A DNA stretch of 64,000 bases from a virus: IMG/VR virus record IMGVR_UViG_3300044712_000538, positions 11,940 to 75,939 of that record. One strand, written 5' to 3'. Position numbers and translations under genes: made by a program. Shown in pieces: positions 15,630 to 27,700 of the stretch; position 1 is the first letter of the stretch, and each line of letters begins with the position of its first letter. The notes below the pieces were generated by a model that did not search any database, was not told the origin of the DNA, and saw only the letters and a program-made list of their open reading frames with translations.

Positions 15630-18600
15630 TTCCTATAAAACTGAGTTTTTTCAGCGGCGTAAATAATGATCTGGCCCCTCACCTGATGCAGGATGGCCAG
15701 TATATTACCATCGTCAATGGCCGGGTGCTTACCTCTGAAAAGGGAGAAATCGGGGTTGTGTCGGAACTTGGGGGCCACCTGGCGCTGAGTGCCCCGGATT
15801 CCGAGGACAAGCTTGGGGTATGCCTGATTGAGGATGTGGTCCGGCAGCGGGTTATCTGTTTTCGTTGCGATACGTCCGGCAATGGTAACCACGATATTCT
15901 GTGCTATGACGTTTTTGAGCAGACGTTTTATACCATCGCCAAAGGGGCTTACCTGAATTTTTCAAGCACCCGGCTGATTACCGCGCACATTATCGGGGAT
16001 CTCCTGTTTTTCAATGACCGGGGCATCAACCCGCCGCGCCGGATCAACATGGAGGCCGGGATCAAGACTTTCCATCCCCTGTATCAGACCAGCCAGCGTC
16101 CATATGAAAGCCCGGACAAATACACCATCACGGTCCTGCGGAATCCTCCGATCTATCCCCCGGTGGCCTTGAAAGGGTACAATCCAGCCTTCCCGAACAA
16201 CTACATTGCTGACCTGGCGCTGCGCTTTTCCTGGAGGTTTATCTACCGGGACGGGGAAGAAACGGTTTTCTCGGTGCCGAGCCATACCATGCTCCCCAAC
16301 GTCAATTCGCGGGACAACCCTACCGATATTTTCAACTATATCAAGGTTGATATTCCCCTCTTCCAGAAAATCCCGTCCGATGTGGATCTGGTGGAAGTCG
16401 GGGTTAAGTTCGACCTGGATACCGGCTTTTTCATCGTCAAGCGGTGGGACCGGTCGGTAACGGCTGACGCTACCGCGATCCTGAACCACAATGCCGGTAT
16501 TTCCGCGCTGACATACGACTTCTACAATGATACGGCTGGCGAGGCCGTGTCTGAATTTGATAGCATTGAACCGTACCACGATGTTCCCGAAACCGCACAA
16601 TGGCAAGTAGTCGGCAGGGACCGCATCTACTACTTGGGGCCGGAGAATGGCAAAGACAAGCCAGAAAAAACGAGTATGACTACCGAAGCCATCACGGCCA
16701 CGGTTTCCGATACTCCTCCGGTCCCTCCTGTTTTGCCTACCATGCAGTTCGAGCGCGACCCGGACGAGCCGGGCGGCGGCGGCTTCCGGTATATGGGGTG
16801 GATCTACTTCCAGGGGGCTCCTGTCGCAGGAAGCACATACACCATCATGCTTTCCGACAAGCAGTACAATGGCGGGAATCCCTTTGTCTGGATGCAGTAC
16901 ACGGTCCAAGCCGGTGATGACCTTGAAACCGTCATTCTGGCCCTGATCAATAGCAACCAGTTCAGCCCCGTAACCACTTACCCTCAGCCGGTGCCCAATT
17001 CCGTTCAGATCTACCTTGAAAGCGTTGTGGACCCGGACATAAACCGGTTTTCCATCACTTTTCTTGGTGTTTCCGGGGCGGGAGGATCGTCCGGAGGGAC
17101 CTTATCGCCTGGTACTCAGGTTTTCAAGTCTGGCGCCAGCTTTACACCGAGCATCGTATTTTTTGATGAAGGCTTGCGGAATTGCGGGGTGATCCCGGCC
17201 GCGTCCTTTGATGTTCCTGAGCCGACCTTTGGCCAGACGGTTTTTGTTACCGCTCGGAAATGGACCCTTTCCAATCTGGATGCGCTGGCAGAAATTCCTT
17301 CCTGGGCAGTTGCGTACGCACCGTGCCTGACCCTGAACTCCCGGACGCGCACCTTCCTGCAGATCCGGCCGGCAGCCATCGGCTATATCGATAAGGACGG
17401 GGCCGATGCTCTGACCTATTCCGATACGCATACCGGCATTTACCTTGATCTGGAATCCCTGCTTGAATATGGCATGGGGTACACCTATCAGGCCGGGAAC
17501 AAGGATACCGCCTATATCTGGCTGGATACCGGTGGCCAGCGGTTTACGGCCCGGATCATTGGTCAGGAAGAAAACCGGGTGATCTGCCAAATGAAAGATC
17601 TTGGAAACCTGACCGGCCGGACCGCCAAGGTCGAGATCTTTACTCCATTCCTTCGCCCGTCCATTGAACTATTTTACGAGCAAGGGGAGGTTTTCCCCAT
17701 AGCCAATCCCGGCACGGCCAACCGCCAGTACACCACGACGGTCGGTTACTTTACCGGGGATGTGCGCCTGTTGAAGCGGAAAGCTGGAGCGTCCGATTAC
17801 TATGTCGAGGCCATGAATTGCAACGACCTGACATGGAAGGACTGGCACACGGATACCGGTCGACCGAATACCGTTTTTAAGTCGAAGCGGGAGAAGCGGA
17901 CCAATATCATCCAGTTTAGCGAAAAGCGGGTGCCTGGCACGACCATCAACGGATTGTCGCGGTTTTCGGTCGGCAATGAGGCGCTGGTCCCGATTGAGGC
18001 GGGTCATATCCAGTGTGCTGCTCTGTCGAACCAGGTTCAGTCCGAAGGATCGGTCATGTTCGTTATATGCTCCATGCACTCCGTTTCCGTCTACCTTGGC
18101 GAGCAGCAGCTACGCGATAACTCCGGGGATACCTATCTTGTCCAGTCCCAATCGGTGATTGGCACCATGAACGTGATGCGTTTCAGGAGCGGGACAGCCC
18201 ATCCGGAATCCATGATTGAGCGGAACGGCAATGTCTACTGGTACGACATGGAGAATGCTCAGGTCTGCCGGTATGGTGGAAATGGGGTATATCCGATCTC
18301 GCGGGACGGAATCTCGCAAGATCTTAAAAAGCTGAGTGATGCCCTCCGGGCACTTTCGGATGCGGACCTTGAAACAATGGAGCCTGGCCAGCGTCCGTAT
18401 GTCATCGGCGGGTTTGATCCATACCACAATGAGTACCTGTTGGCGGTCCCGACCGTAAGCGAAACCGGGTTTGAGCCTCCCTTGGAGGATTATGGCACCG
18501 GTACGCTGCCCCCGGCCATGCCCTACCCGTATGCCTTTTACAATGGATTTGGCGGGGTGCTGGTCTTCAAGACCGGTGATGATGACGGAAAGGGCATGTG

Positions 18601-19123
18601 GATCGGTAGCCGGACGTACCGGCCGGAATGTTTTGGGTCAGTCGGAAGCTTCTTGTTTTCTATGAAAGACGGGGAGTTGTATATGCATAATCAGGATTCG
18701 GCAGGGCTGAACAACTTCTACGGGGTGGCGTACCCTATGAAAATTATTTCTGTATGCTCCCCGCCAACCCCGACCAAGACGGCCCCGAAAGTTTACCAGG
18801 GCATCGCGGTAGAAGCGCGAAGGCCGCCATCCTTCATTCATTTCCGGACCGAGGGCGTTGATCGGCTTGGAAATTACTTCCACCAAAGTTCGGATTTGTG
18901 GGACATGAATTTTTACAATAAGGAAGGTAACTGGTATGCGCCGATCATGCGCGACAGGCTTTCCCCGAATGTCGATGGGACCTTTTTGTATAAGTCGTAC
19001 ATTGGAGATAAGATGCGGGGATCGTACCTGAAATTTATGGCCGAATTTTCCAACGACAATTCGCGCTCTCAGGTTAAATTTGTTTCAATCATACACGCGG
19101 AAAGCCGCGGACACAAAATTTAA
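15626..19123 (+). CDS. Tail stabilisation (muzzle) protein, crAss-like/P22 gp10-like
   Basis: FFSGVNNDLAP..GQY...NGR; LNFS..LIT..IIGDLLFFND..NPPRRIN; HPES...VYWYD..VCRYGGNGVYPIS..G; IGGFDPYHNEY; KEGNWYA; GDKMRGSY. Confidence 0.8.
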   Translation: MIPIKLSFFSGVNNDLAPHLMQDGQYITIVNGRVLTSEKGEIGVVSELGGHLALSAPDSEDKLGVCLIEDVVRQRVICFRCDTSGNGNHDILCYDVFEQTFYTIAKGAYLNFSSTRLITAHIIGDLLFFNDRGINPPRRINMEAGIKTFHPLYQTSQRPYESPDKYTITVLRNPPIYPPVALKGYNPAFPNNYIADLALRFSWRFIYRDGEETVFSVPSHTMLPNVNSRDNPTDIFNYIKVDIPLFQKIPSDVDLVEVGVKFDLDTGFFIVKRWDRSVTADATAILNHNAGISALTYDFYNDTAGEAVSEFDSIEPYHDVPETAQWQVVGRDRIYYLGPENGKDKPEKTSMTTEAITATVSDTPPVPPVLPTMQFERDPDEPGGGGFRYMGWIYFQGAPVAGSTYTIMLSDKQYNGGNPFVWMQYTVQAGDDLETVILALINSNQFSPVTTYPQPVPNSVQIYLESVVDPDINRFSITFLGVSGAGGSSGGTLSPGTQVFKSGASFTPSIVFFDEGLRNCGVIPAASFDVPEPTFGQTVFVTARKWTLSNLDALAEIPSWAVAYAPCLTLNSRTRTFLQIRPAAIGYIDKDGADALTYSDTHTGIYLDLESLLEYGMGYTYQAGNKDTAYIWLDTGGQRFTARIIGQEENRVICQMKDLGNLTGRTAKVEIFTPFLRPSIELFYEQGEVFPIANPGTANRQYTTTVGYFTGDVRLLKRKAGASDYYVEAMNCNDLTWKDWHTDTGRPNTVFKSKREKRTNIIQFSEKRVPGTTINGLSRFSVGNEALVPIEAGHIQCAALSNQVQSEGSVMFVICSMHSVSVYLGEQQLRDNSGDTYLVQSQSVIGTMNVMRFRSGTAHPESMIERNGNVYWYDMENAQVCRYGGNGVYPISRDGISQDLKKLSDALRALSDADLETMEPGQRPYVIGGFDPYHNEYLLAVPTVSETGFEPPLEDYGTGTLPPAMPYPYAFYNGFGGVLVFKTGDDDGKGMWIGSRTYRPECFGSVGSFLFSMKDGELYMHNQDSAGLNNFYGVAYPMKIISVCSPPTPTKTAPKVYQGIAVEARRPPSFIHFRTEGVDRLGNYFHQSSDLWDMNFYNKEGNWYAPIMRDRLSPNVDGTFLYKSYIGDKMRGSYLKFMAEFSNDNSRSQVKFVSIIHAESRGHKI

Positions 19124-19127
19124 GCAT

Positions 19128-19811
19128 ATGGCAATCGGTCTTGCATTAGCTGCCGCCGGAACAATTGCCGGCATTGTCCAGAAAGGAATTGCCGCGCGCC
19201 GCCAGCGGAAAGCTGCGAATAAAATCAACCCGGTAAACCCGGTGTATGAAGCTACCAAAGAAAGCGCCCAGGAACTCGCCATGGCCCGGCAGGCAAACAA
19301 TGCTGATGTGGCTGGTGGTGCCGCCATGGAGCGATCCGCGTACACCCAAGGTGCCAATACTGTTGCGGCCGTCATGAAAGCTGGTGGATCTCCTGCCCAA
19401 GTCGCGGCCACCATCGCTCGGTCAAACATGGCCACCAATAAAGCCATGGCCGATCTGACCATCAGGCGCACTCAGCAAAAGCTTGCCACCATGGGACTTG
19501 TCCAAGGTGCCCTCCGGGCCAGAAGCCAGCAACGGATGATGGAGCATCAGGACAAGATTCGCCGGTACGAAGGGGATCAGGCCGCCAAGGATGCGCTCTA
19601 CCAATCTGCCGATCAGAACGTGGCTGGTATGTTCAATGATGCCGCTGGATTTGGCCTTACCGCTGCCATGGGCGGCCTGGATAAGGGTGTTGGGAAAAAA
19701 CTTGGTGGCATTTTCGGTAAAAGCATGAAGGCATCCAAGTTCCAAAAATCCCTCAAAGCCGCACAAACGGCCGGGAAAATTGTAGGCTCAACAGACTTCC
19801 TACCCGGATAA
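19128..19811 (+). CDS. Putative ejection/cargo protein
   Basis: Start at ATG 19128; Gly/Ala hydrophobic N-terminus then Ala/Gln-rich helices; follows the muzzle gene. Confidence 0.6.
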   Translation: MAIGLALAAAGTIAGIVQKGIAARRQRKAANKINPVNPVYEATKESAQELAMARQANNADVAGGAAMERSAYTQGANTVAAVMKAGGSPAQVAATIARSNMATNKAMADLTIRRTQQKLATMGLVQGALRARSQQRMMEHQDKIRRYEGDQAAKDALYQSADQNVAGMFNDAAGFGLTAAMGGLDKGVGKKLGGIFGKSMKASKFQKSLKAAQTAGKIVGSTDFLPG

Positions 19812-19812
19812 T

Positions 19813-21708
19813 ATGCAAACACATCCAAATACAGGACGCGAGAAGGCCGGGGTGCTGCCAAGAATGTTTGCCCCCGTTGGATCATTGTGGCAACAATATT
19901 CGGCGCAGAAATCGCGCGAATCTACGCTTGCACAACAGCGATTGAAAGAAGAGCAAGCCCGGCAGGATGCATTGTCCAAGTACGCGAATAGCCTGATGGA
20001 CAAAGATCTTGGCACCGGGACCGCGATTGACCCGGTGATCACTCAGGCCCAGGCTGACGTAAAGCAAGTGCTGGCCGAGGCAATAAAAGCCAACCCAAAC
20101 ATGCGGATGGCTGATCTGGACCTTATGGCCGGGAAATCGGCCGCCCGGATCAAGTCCGCGTCGGACAGGATGAGGGCGCTGGACAACAATATCAAAGGGT
20201 ATGCTGCCAGCCTGAACAAGATACCGGGTGTTTCCGGTAAAGATCTGGAGCAAATGGCTCGGTTTGAAATGCTTTATGCCGATGACGGGAAAGGTGGCTA
20301 CCGTCTGAAAACGATTGAAGAGATCAACTCCTATGATGGAGATCCGGTTGCCGTGGCCCTTGAAAAGCATGCAGACAAAATTGTTACCAGGGAGGCGCTG
20401 GATACCCATCTGGCAAAGCTCGGCGCGGCACATAAGGATGTTACGGTCCAGTCTGAAAAGAATGGTGTTACTACCAAGAATTCCGTCAACGTAACCTATC
20501 TTCCCGGCCTGCATGATGTGAACGATGACGGGACCATATCTACCAAGAAGGAAATAAAGGATCTGTCTGGCGTTTATGCCAATGTCCTTCCGAATAAAAG
20601 CTTTGGGCCCATGGCATCAAGTGTGATGTGGAGCCCTGATCCCGGTGCCGAATTCTCTAAGAGCAAAAAACTTCCCTTCCCGGCAAAGTTCGCAGAATAC
20701 TACCCTGACGGTAAAATACCTCAACTGGCTGCAGATGCATACGACCGGATTTTCGGAACGGAAGGCGGCTCTATGTATCTTGAAAAGGAACTGAAAAAGC
20801 AGTACCCGGATCTCGACAAACTGAGCCCGTATTATGAAACCGCGAAGCGCGAAGTAGCTTTCAATCTGGTGAAAGATTATTCGGACCGAACCGGCATCAA
20901 GACCAATGACATGCAACGGAACTCGCCATGGGTCACCAAGATACAACTCGGCATTCCTACCAGCAGGGTAACGAAAGGCGATGGCGGTCCGGGTGGTGGC
21001 ATTGACGAGAAGCTGAATAACTCACCGCTGGCCATCGTCGCCCGCGCGATGAATGGCGAAACGTCTATCCTGGAAGGCGCAAGGCCAGAAACGATAACGG
21101 TCAATGGTGAGAAAAAACAGGTCATGAATTTTGCTCGCGGCCTTGCCGGTAACTTCAAGCTTCCCGATGATATATTCGGGAAAGGTGTTGAGGCCAGAAC
21201 TGTTGCCGCGCACCCGGATGATCCGAATACTTTGCTGGTCGTATCTACTGACGGCCGGATGAAAACATTCAAGGGACCAGCCCTCAGGTCATTCTTCATA
21301 AACGTCGGTAAGCTTCAATCGCCGCCGATGGTCCCGGATGATGTTCAGAAAATCGTCAACTTCTACTTCAAGACTGGAGATACCAAAACGGAAGGATCTT
21401 TGGCCAGGTATAACCAGCAGGGATGGGATGAAGCATCTGCAAAGCTTGACCAGCAATACAGGCAGGAAAGGCTTGCCACATTCAAGACCCTGAAATCATT
21501 TGATGGGTCAAAAACAAAGGAGTTTGGAGAGTTCGCAAACAAGAGCGTTTCTATTCCCGGAAAGCCAGCAAAAACCATAAAATCGTTTACCTTTAAAAAG
21601 GGCGGGTGGTTCTCTTCGGACAAATATCTCTTGGAGTTTGCTGATGGAGAAAAAATGGAATTTACGAGCAAAGGCGCAGCAGAAGATTTTCTGAACTACA
21701 TCAATTAA
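19813..21708 (+). CDS. Putative ejection/cargo protein
   Basis: 631 aa, helical N-terminus, between the small cargo gene and the giant protein. Confidence 0.55.
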   Translation: MQTHPNTGREKAGVLPRMFAPVGSLWQQYSAQKSRESTLAQQRLKEEQARQDALSKYANSLMDKDLGTGTAIDPVITQAQADVKQVLAEAIKANPNMRMADLDLMAGKSAARIKSASDRMRALDNNIKGYAASLNKIPGVSGKDLEQMARFEMLYADDGKGGYRLKTIEEINSYDGDPVAVALEKHADKIVTREALDTHLAKLGAAHKDVTVQSEKNGVTTKNSVNVTYLPGLHDVNDDGTISTKKEIKDLSGVYANVLPNKSFGPMASSVMWSPDPGAEFSKSKKLPFPAKFAEYYPDGKIPQLAADAYDRIFGTEGGSMYLEKELKKQYPDLDKLSPYYETAKREVAFNLVKDYSDRTGIKTNDMQRNSPWVTKIQLGIPTSRVTKGDGGPGGGIDEKLNNSPLAIVARAMNGETSILEGARPETITVNGEKKQVMNFARGLAGNFKLPDDIFGKGVEARTVAAHPDDPNTLLVVSTDGRMKTFKGPALRSFFINVGKLQSPPMVPDDVQKIVNFYFKTGDTKTEGSLARYNQQGWDEASAKLDQQYRQERLATFKTLKSFDGSKTKEFGEFANKSVSIPGKPAKTIKSFTFKKGGWFSSDKYLLEFADGEKMEFTSKGAAEDFLNYIN

Positions 21709-21715
21709 GACTATC

Positions 21716-24700
21716 ATGCCAGATTGGAGAGAACAATTACTTTCTGATATATCCAAGATAAAAGACCGGGACGCTGTATTGAAAAAATATCCTCAGTTGA
21801 AAGGGGATAAGAAAATGCTCCAGTCCCTTTACTCTTGGAATAACGCAAAAGCATCTGGCATCCCGCCTACGGATCTTGATGAAATGTATCCGGAGGTAAA
21901 GTCGTTTCTGATCCAGCCCGATGCTGCTCCGGCTCCGCAGCCTGGCGCTACCGTTCCTCCGCAAAAAACAGTTCCGGTAAAGCCGGTCCAGACTGTTCCG
22001 GCACCGGCAGCAAATACCCCGAAACCATTTCAGCAGCTTGAAGCCTCTATTCAAAAGCATGCTACTATCGCCAAGGCTATCCCGGAAAAGGGATGGGGCG
22101 AAGATCTTACCAAAAAGATACTCGGCGGTATCTACCCGAATGTGGGAAATACAAAATCTGCGCAGCATCGGGAAATGATGATTGCCGAGGCCGACAAGGC
22201 TCTTTCTGAAAAGAAGTCGCTGATCGAAAAAACGAAGCCGCTGATTGATGAGGTAGCGAAATGGTTCTCGCAGGATTACCAGACCGCAAAAAAGAAATAC
22301 ACGGTTGACGGTACTGACATGGGTGAGATCCGGGAAGACGTTGTGAGGGCCGAAGCCCGTAATTGGGCAAAGCGATACGGCGGCGGCTCCGGCGTTGAAG
22401 AGATCTTGTTTGCGTCGGCCCTTGGCGCAATTCAGGTTGAGCAAGTAAAGCCGAAATATGAGGCAGAACTCAAAAGCCTGTATAAGCAGAAGTACGGGAA
22501 AGACATGCCGACTGAAAAGGAAGCAGATCTTTTCCAGAATGCTATCGTATCTGCCGCGAAGGATCAGGTAAACAAGCAGATCGAAAAATCCAGCCAGGAA
22601 TTGAAGTTGAAGGTATCCCAAACATGGGATGAGCAATTCCGGAAGCAACTGGATGATTCGGCAAAGCGGTTTGGCTCCGATTCTCCTGAGTATAAAAACC
22701 AGTTTGCTCAGTCCGTTGCCGCAATAGGAAAGCTGGAGAAGCAATGGCGGCAAAAGGAGATCGCCAGAATCGAGCGGATCAAGTCCGAACTGGAAGCTGG
22801 TTTGAAGAAAAAGATTGAATCCTTCAATGCTGAGGAGCAAATGAGGATTGGTGCCATATCGGACGAGGCATACAAAAAAGCATCTCAGGCATATTCCGAA
22901 GCAAAAGGCGAGAAGAAATACCGCGAGGTTGCTGCCGCCAGCGACTTTTTTGGGAAGTCCCAACTGAACATTGGATTTAATAGGGCGCTTACCGGCCGGC
23001 TCCTTTATGGGGTGGCCAGCCTTGGCGATTACCTGGCGAGCGAAGGCTACCAATCGGCCGCGATTGACTGGATGCGTTCCATGGCTACTACCGGGGGAGA
23101 GCTGGACGTTCCGGACCTGAAACTCGGGTTCGATCGGAATCTGGCCATGGCCCTTGCCACAAGGACCGGTGGCGGTATTGGCTCGTCTGCCGTGCCCATG
23201 GGAGCCGCCATGCTGACTATGAATCCGCTGGCCGGAGCCCTTGTTTCCTATAAGATGGAAACGGCGATGATGGAGGCCGACATATGGAAAGAGCGTATGA
23301 TGGCTGGAGATCCTGAAGCAAAGCAAAAGGCCGATAAGGCTGGCGCGCAGACCGCGATACTCCTGCCCCTTTATGTGCTTGAAATGGACCGCCTTTTCGC
23401 GGGCATGAAGAAGGGTGGATGGGTGAACAAGGCGCTGAACATTTATGCCCCGGAACTGGCCCAGGAAGTCCCTACGGAATACTGGCAGCAGTATCTACAA
23501 GCAAAGTCCTCCGGGTTTAAGGGGGATTTTGCTGATTTTGTTGCCGAGGACAAGGGTAACATTGCCCTTGAAACCGCTATCGCCACCATCGGAATGTCCA
23601 CCGTATTTGCCTCCATGGGCAAAAGCACGGAAGCCGTTGGCCGGGCTCTTGGCCCCAAGGCAAAGGATCAGGCTATTATCTCGCTGGCGCAGCGGACGCA
23701 GATGGCCCCGGTGGATTTTGTTCCTACTCCATCCCCGTATAAAGGTCCGGACAATGACCCGGCCGCTCCGGCTGCCCCGGCCGGCACCGCCCAGGCGGTA
23801 GATCCTCAGGCCGCCACACCCTCAGTATCCCCGATTACCATGGTCAATGCCGCCTTGGAGCAGGCATGGATGAACGGGGAAATGAGTGATGAGCAGCTTG
23901 TCGATGAGAAAAAGCATGCTGAAATGATCCTTGCCAAGCAGGATGAACTCGCCAAGCTTGGTCTGGAGCCGGACATGATCCGGCACTATATCGGCCTGCA
24001 GGCTGAAATGGTCTATCTGCAAAACCAAATGGCTGCCGCCAAGGACCCGGTCCTGCAGGCGAAATTTGAAAAGGACATTGCCGCGATTCAGACGCAGATG
24101 GCCAAGGTGATCGACGACAAGATCGAGGAAACCATATTTTCTGTTACCACCCCCTTTGGAGATACCTATACCGCGACCGAGAAAGAATTGGATGAGATCA
24201 TGAACAACCCCCTGTTTGGGGCCCCGGAAGATCTTGTCATTACCCCGATCAAGGGTCGGCTTACCCCGGACGAACAAAAGGTTGCCGATGCCTTAGCCGG
24301 GGCGAAGCTTCCGGACGGCCTATCCGACATGAGCGTTGAGAAGCTGGTCCAGAAGTTTGCCGGGTCGAAGGATTTCAATGAGCAACGGGAAGCGATAAAA
24401 ATGTACCGGGATCAGCTTAATGATCCCCTGGGCCCAACTCCCCGGAAGCAAATGATCGCCGCTTTTGGGCAAGATCTTGCCGACCAGGTTGCCCCTCTTC
24501 CCTTTGGAGAGGTTGACAAAAAAGAGGTTGGTGAAAAACAGTTCAAAAACGTAACCGAAAGGCTAAAGTCCCGAGAGCCAGAAAGCTTTGAGGAAGAGGT
24601 TCTGCAAGGGTTCCTGCGTGATCTCCGTTTCTCTTCTGAGGACTTTACTCGGTATGCCGGGTTTGGCGGTAATTCCCGCTTGACGGGTGATAAAATTGGC

Positions 24701-27700
24701 GGCCGGGAAATGCGCCAGTACGCAATGAAGCGCCTCCGAAAAAAGTCGGAAGGCGGCATTCCCATTGACAAATACGTTCTCCAGCTTGCCGAAAAATGGG
24801 GCATTCCTCAGGGACAAGAAACGGACTATATCAATACGGTTATTGACCTGATATTGGAGCATCCGGGACAGGCCAGCGTTATTTCTCGGCTGGAAGCCCT
24901 GCAGAGCGGTGCCAAAACACAGGAAGAGTATGATGCCTGGCTAGAAAGAAAATATGGAAATGCGCAGGCCGCGAAGGATGCATTGGATGCCATGGATGAC
25001 GACCTTACCGAGGATGTAAATGATGTAATTGAAAAGATTGACCAGATTACAGACGAAGAGGCAGAAAGCATCGCGGATGGAGCGATGAACAACTTCATCG
25101 ACGAAAACGGGAACATCGATCTCTCCGCGATAAAGACATTCCTTGCCAGCGATGAGTTTAACGCAATGCCTGAAAAGGTAAAATCAATCATAAAGGAGGT
25201 TACAAATGGACTCGACCAAGCTGAAACAGACACTCAGGATGATGGCAATACAGATAGCAGCGAAGAAGAAGACCAAGACGAAGAAGAAACGCCGGAAGAG
25301 TTAAAAGACGCCTATCAGACCGAGAACTACAATGATCTGGTGAAGGCGTGGGAAAGCGGAAATAAGATATATGCGGTATCGGAACAAGATGAGGCCCCAA
25401 CCCCTGTTACCAGTTGGGAAATGCTCAATAACTATCCCCTTGATGCATTGTGGATTGTTGACCAGCAGGCCGAATCTCAATCCGAAAATGTTGTTGCTCC
25501 CAAGAAAGAAACCAAGGCTAAGGTCCGGCAGGAAACAAAAACTAAGCTGGCTGATGAAACAAAAAAGGCGCTGGATGACTTCCTTGATGCCTTTGATGAA
25601 CTTGGCAATCTTGGGTTTGCATATGATCCGGAAGAGCAAGCCAAAAAGCAATTCAAGCTTTATACTGCTGGCGCAAAGTTTGTTGCCGCCATGGCCAAGC
25701 AGGGCATATACCAGTTTAAGGATATGGTCCTTACCCTTGCAGAAAAGATGGGCGAAATACCCGGTGAACTTTTCCAGGCATTGAAAAAGGCATATGCTAT
25801 GGCCTATGCTGATGATGAAACGGGCCTGATGGAAGATCCGAAGACATTGCGGACGCTTACGCTGGAAGACATTCTTGCGGAAAAGGATGATAGCAATGAA
25901 TTATCTGGAATCGAAGCATTTAAAGAGGCTTTCCATAAGAATCTTTTTTCATTATGGGCTGATTTATCAATAAACCCTGATGCAAATCCCCGTCCATCAA
26001 ACATTATTGACCTTCGGAATATGGCCGTTGAAGCAAACTGGACTGGTGAAAACGGACTACCGGCTACGGACAATGAAATATTTGAGGCGGTTGAATCTGT
26101 TTTGATCAGATTTTCAAGGGAAATTGTTGCCATGTCTAAGGATAACCAAAAGGTTATGAAAAACCTGATGACGCTTTATAAAGTTCAGCCAACAATTTCA
26201 ATGCGAGATAGCGACAGGGTAATGCTCCAGCAATACTCTACGCCTATACCATATGCATACGCTGCTGGCGTGTGGATGAAAAACCAGAACAAGTATCTTG
26301 AACCAACGGCCGGAAATGGCCTCCTTACGGTCGCCTTGGACCCGTCTAAGGTCGATGTGAACGAAATCGACAAGACGCGCTTTGATATGCTGGCCGATCA
26401 GGGATTTTCATCAGTATCAAGCCGCGATGCCCTGGAGGGTTTTTCTGGAAAATATGATGGGATAATTGCCAATCCACCGTTTGGGTCAACGGATAAAATA
26501 ACCACCCAAGACGGGTATCCTATATCCGAACTCGCGCAAAGAATTGTTTATGAATCGTTAAAAACGCTGACTACAGACGGGAAGGCATCATTTGTCATAG
26601 GTGGACATACAGAATATGACGAAAAGGGGATCATGAAGGGGCGGGATCGCTTTTTCTTTAACTACCTTTATGACAACTTCAATGTTGTCGATGTTATAAA
26701 TGTAGCCGGAGATCTGTACGGCAAACAAGGAACCACATACCCTACCAGGCTGATTCTTATCGACGGAAGAAGGAATGTTGAAGGATCGCCAAGGAAAGAA
26801 ACTCGGCATGCTCCGATGAAGTCCGTTAAAGGATTTGAAACGGTCGGACTGCAGGCTCCAGACGATGCCGTTATATCCAGCTACCCCGAATTACTTAACC
26901 GTGTCTTAAAACCTAAAGACTATGGCCAACAAATTGATATTCCATCCGGAATGGACACCGACAAGGGATCTGGCAACAATATTCCTGGCAACCGGCCCGG
27001 AGGACGCAACCAAGGAGGATCTGGTGGAAGAAATACTTCCGGCACGGTATCGAAACCTGGCAAAGGAGTATCTCAGGGAGGGGCACGACCTCCAGTATCT
27101 GGAAACCTATTTGCCGGAAGCGACGTTCAGAAGCCATCTGAGTCCAAATCAGGTCGCGCAGGAAATAATGGTAACGCCGCAGTTTTTGAGGGCCAAGGAA
27201 ATGCTTTACCTCCAGGAGCCGGTCCCCGGCCTGCAGTTAGACCGGAAGTTGGCCGGACAAATTTACAGGGACGCAACGCTCCTGACGCTGGTGGAAGCTT
27301 TGCAGGAGTTAGAAATGTAAGCATCGAAAACCTGTCTTCCGAAAACGTAGAATACATCCCGTCTAGCAATATGCAGTTTGAGGTTGGTACGGTTATCCCG
27401 CCAAAGATGGCGGTTGAAGTGTATCGGCATCAGGACATGCTTATTGAAATGTATGGGAACCTTGCCGATTTTGTTCAATCTGAATTAGAGTACGAGCCGG
27501 ATGAATTTGCTGCTGCTTTTTCTTCCGAACAGGTTGATGCTCTTGCAATGGCCATACATAAGGCCAAGATGGGATCTGCAATGATTATCGGTGATCAGAC
27601 TGGTGTTGGTAAGGGCCGGATCGCTGCCGGCATGGTCCGGTGGGCAGTAATTAACGGGTATAAGCCGGTATTCATTACCGCAAAAGCAGATCTTTTTAGC

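Noticed and set aside
21737-23326. 529-aa minus-strand ORF (also 15962-16909, 42020-43186 and many shorter antisense ORFs)
   Set aside because: Shadow frames of well-supported plus-strand genes; no recognisable motifs
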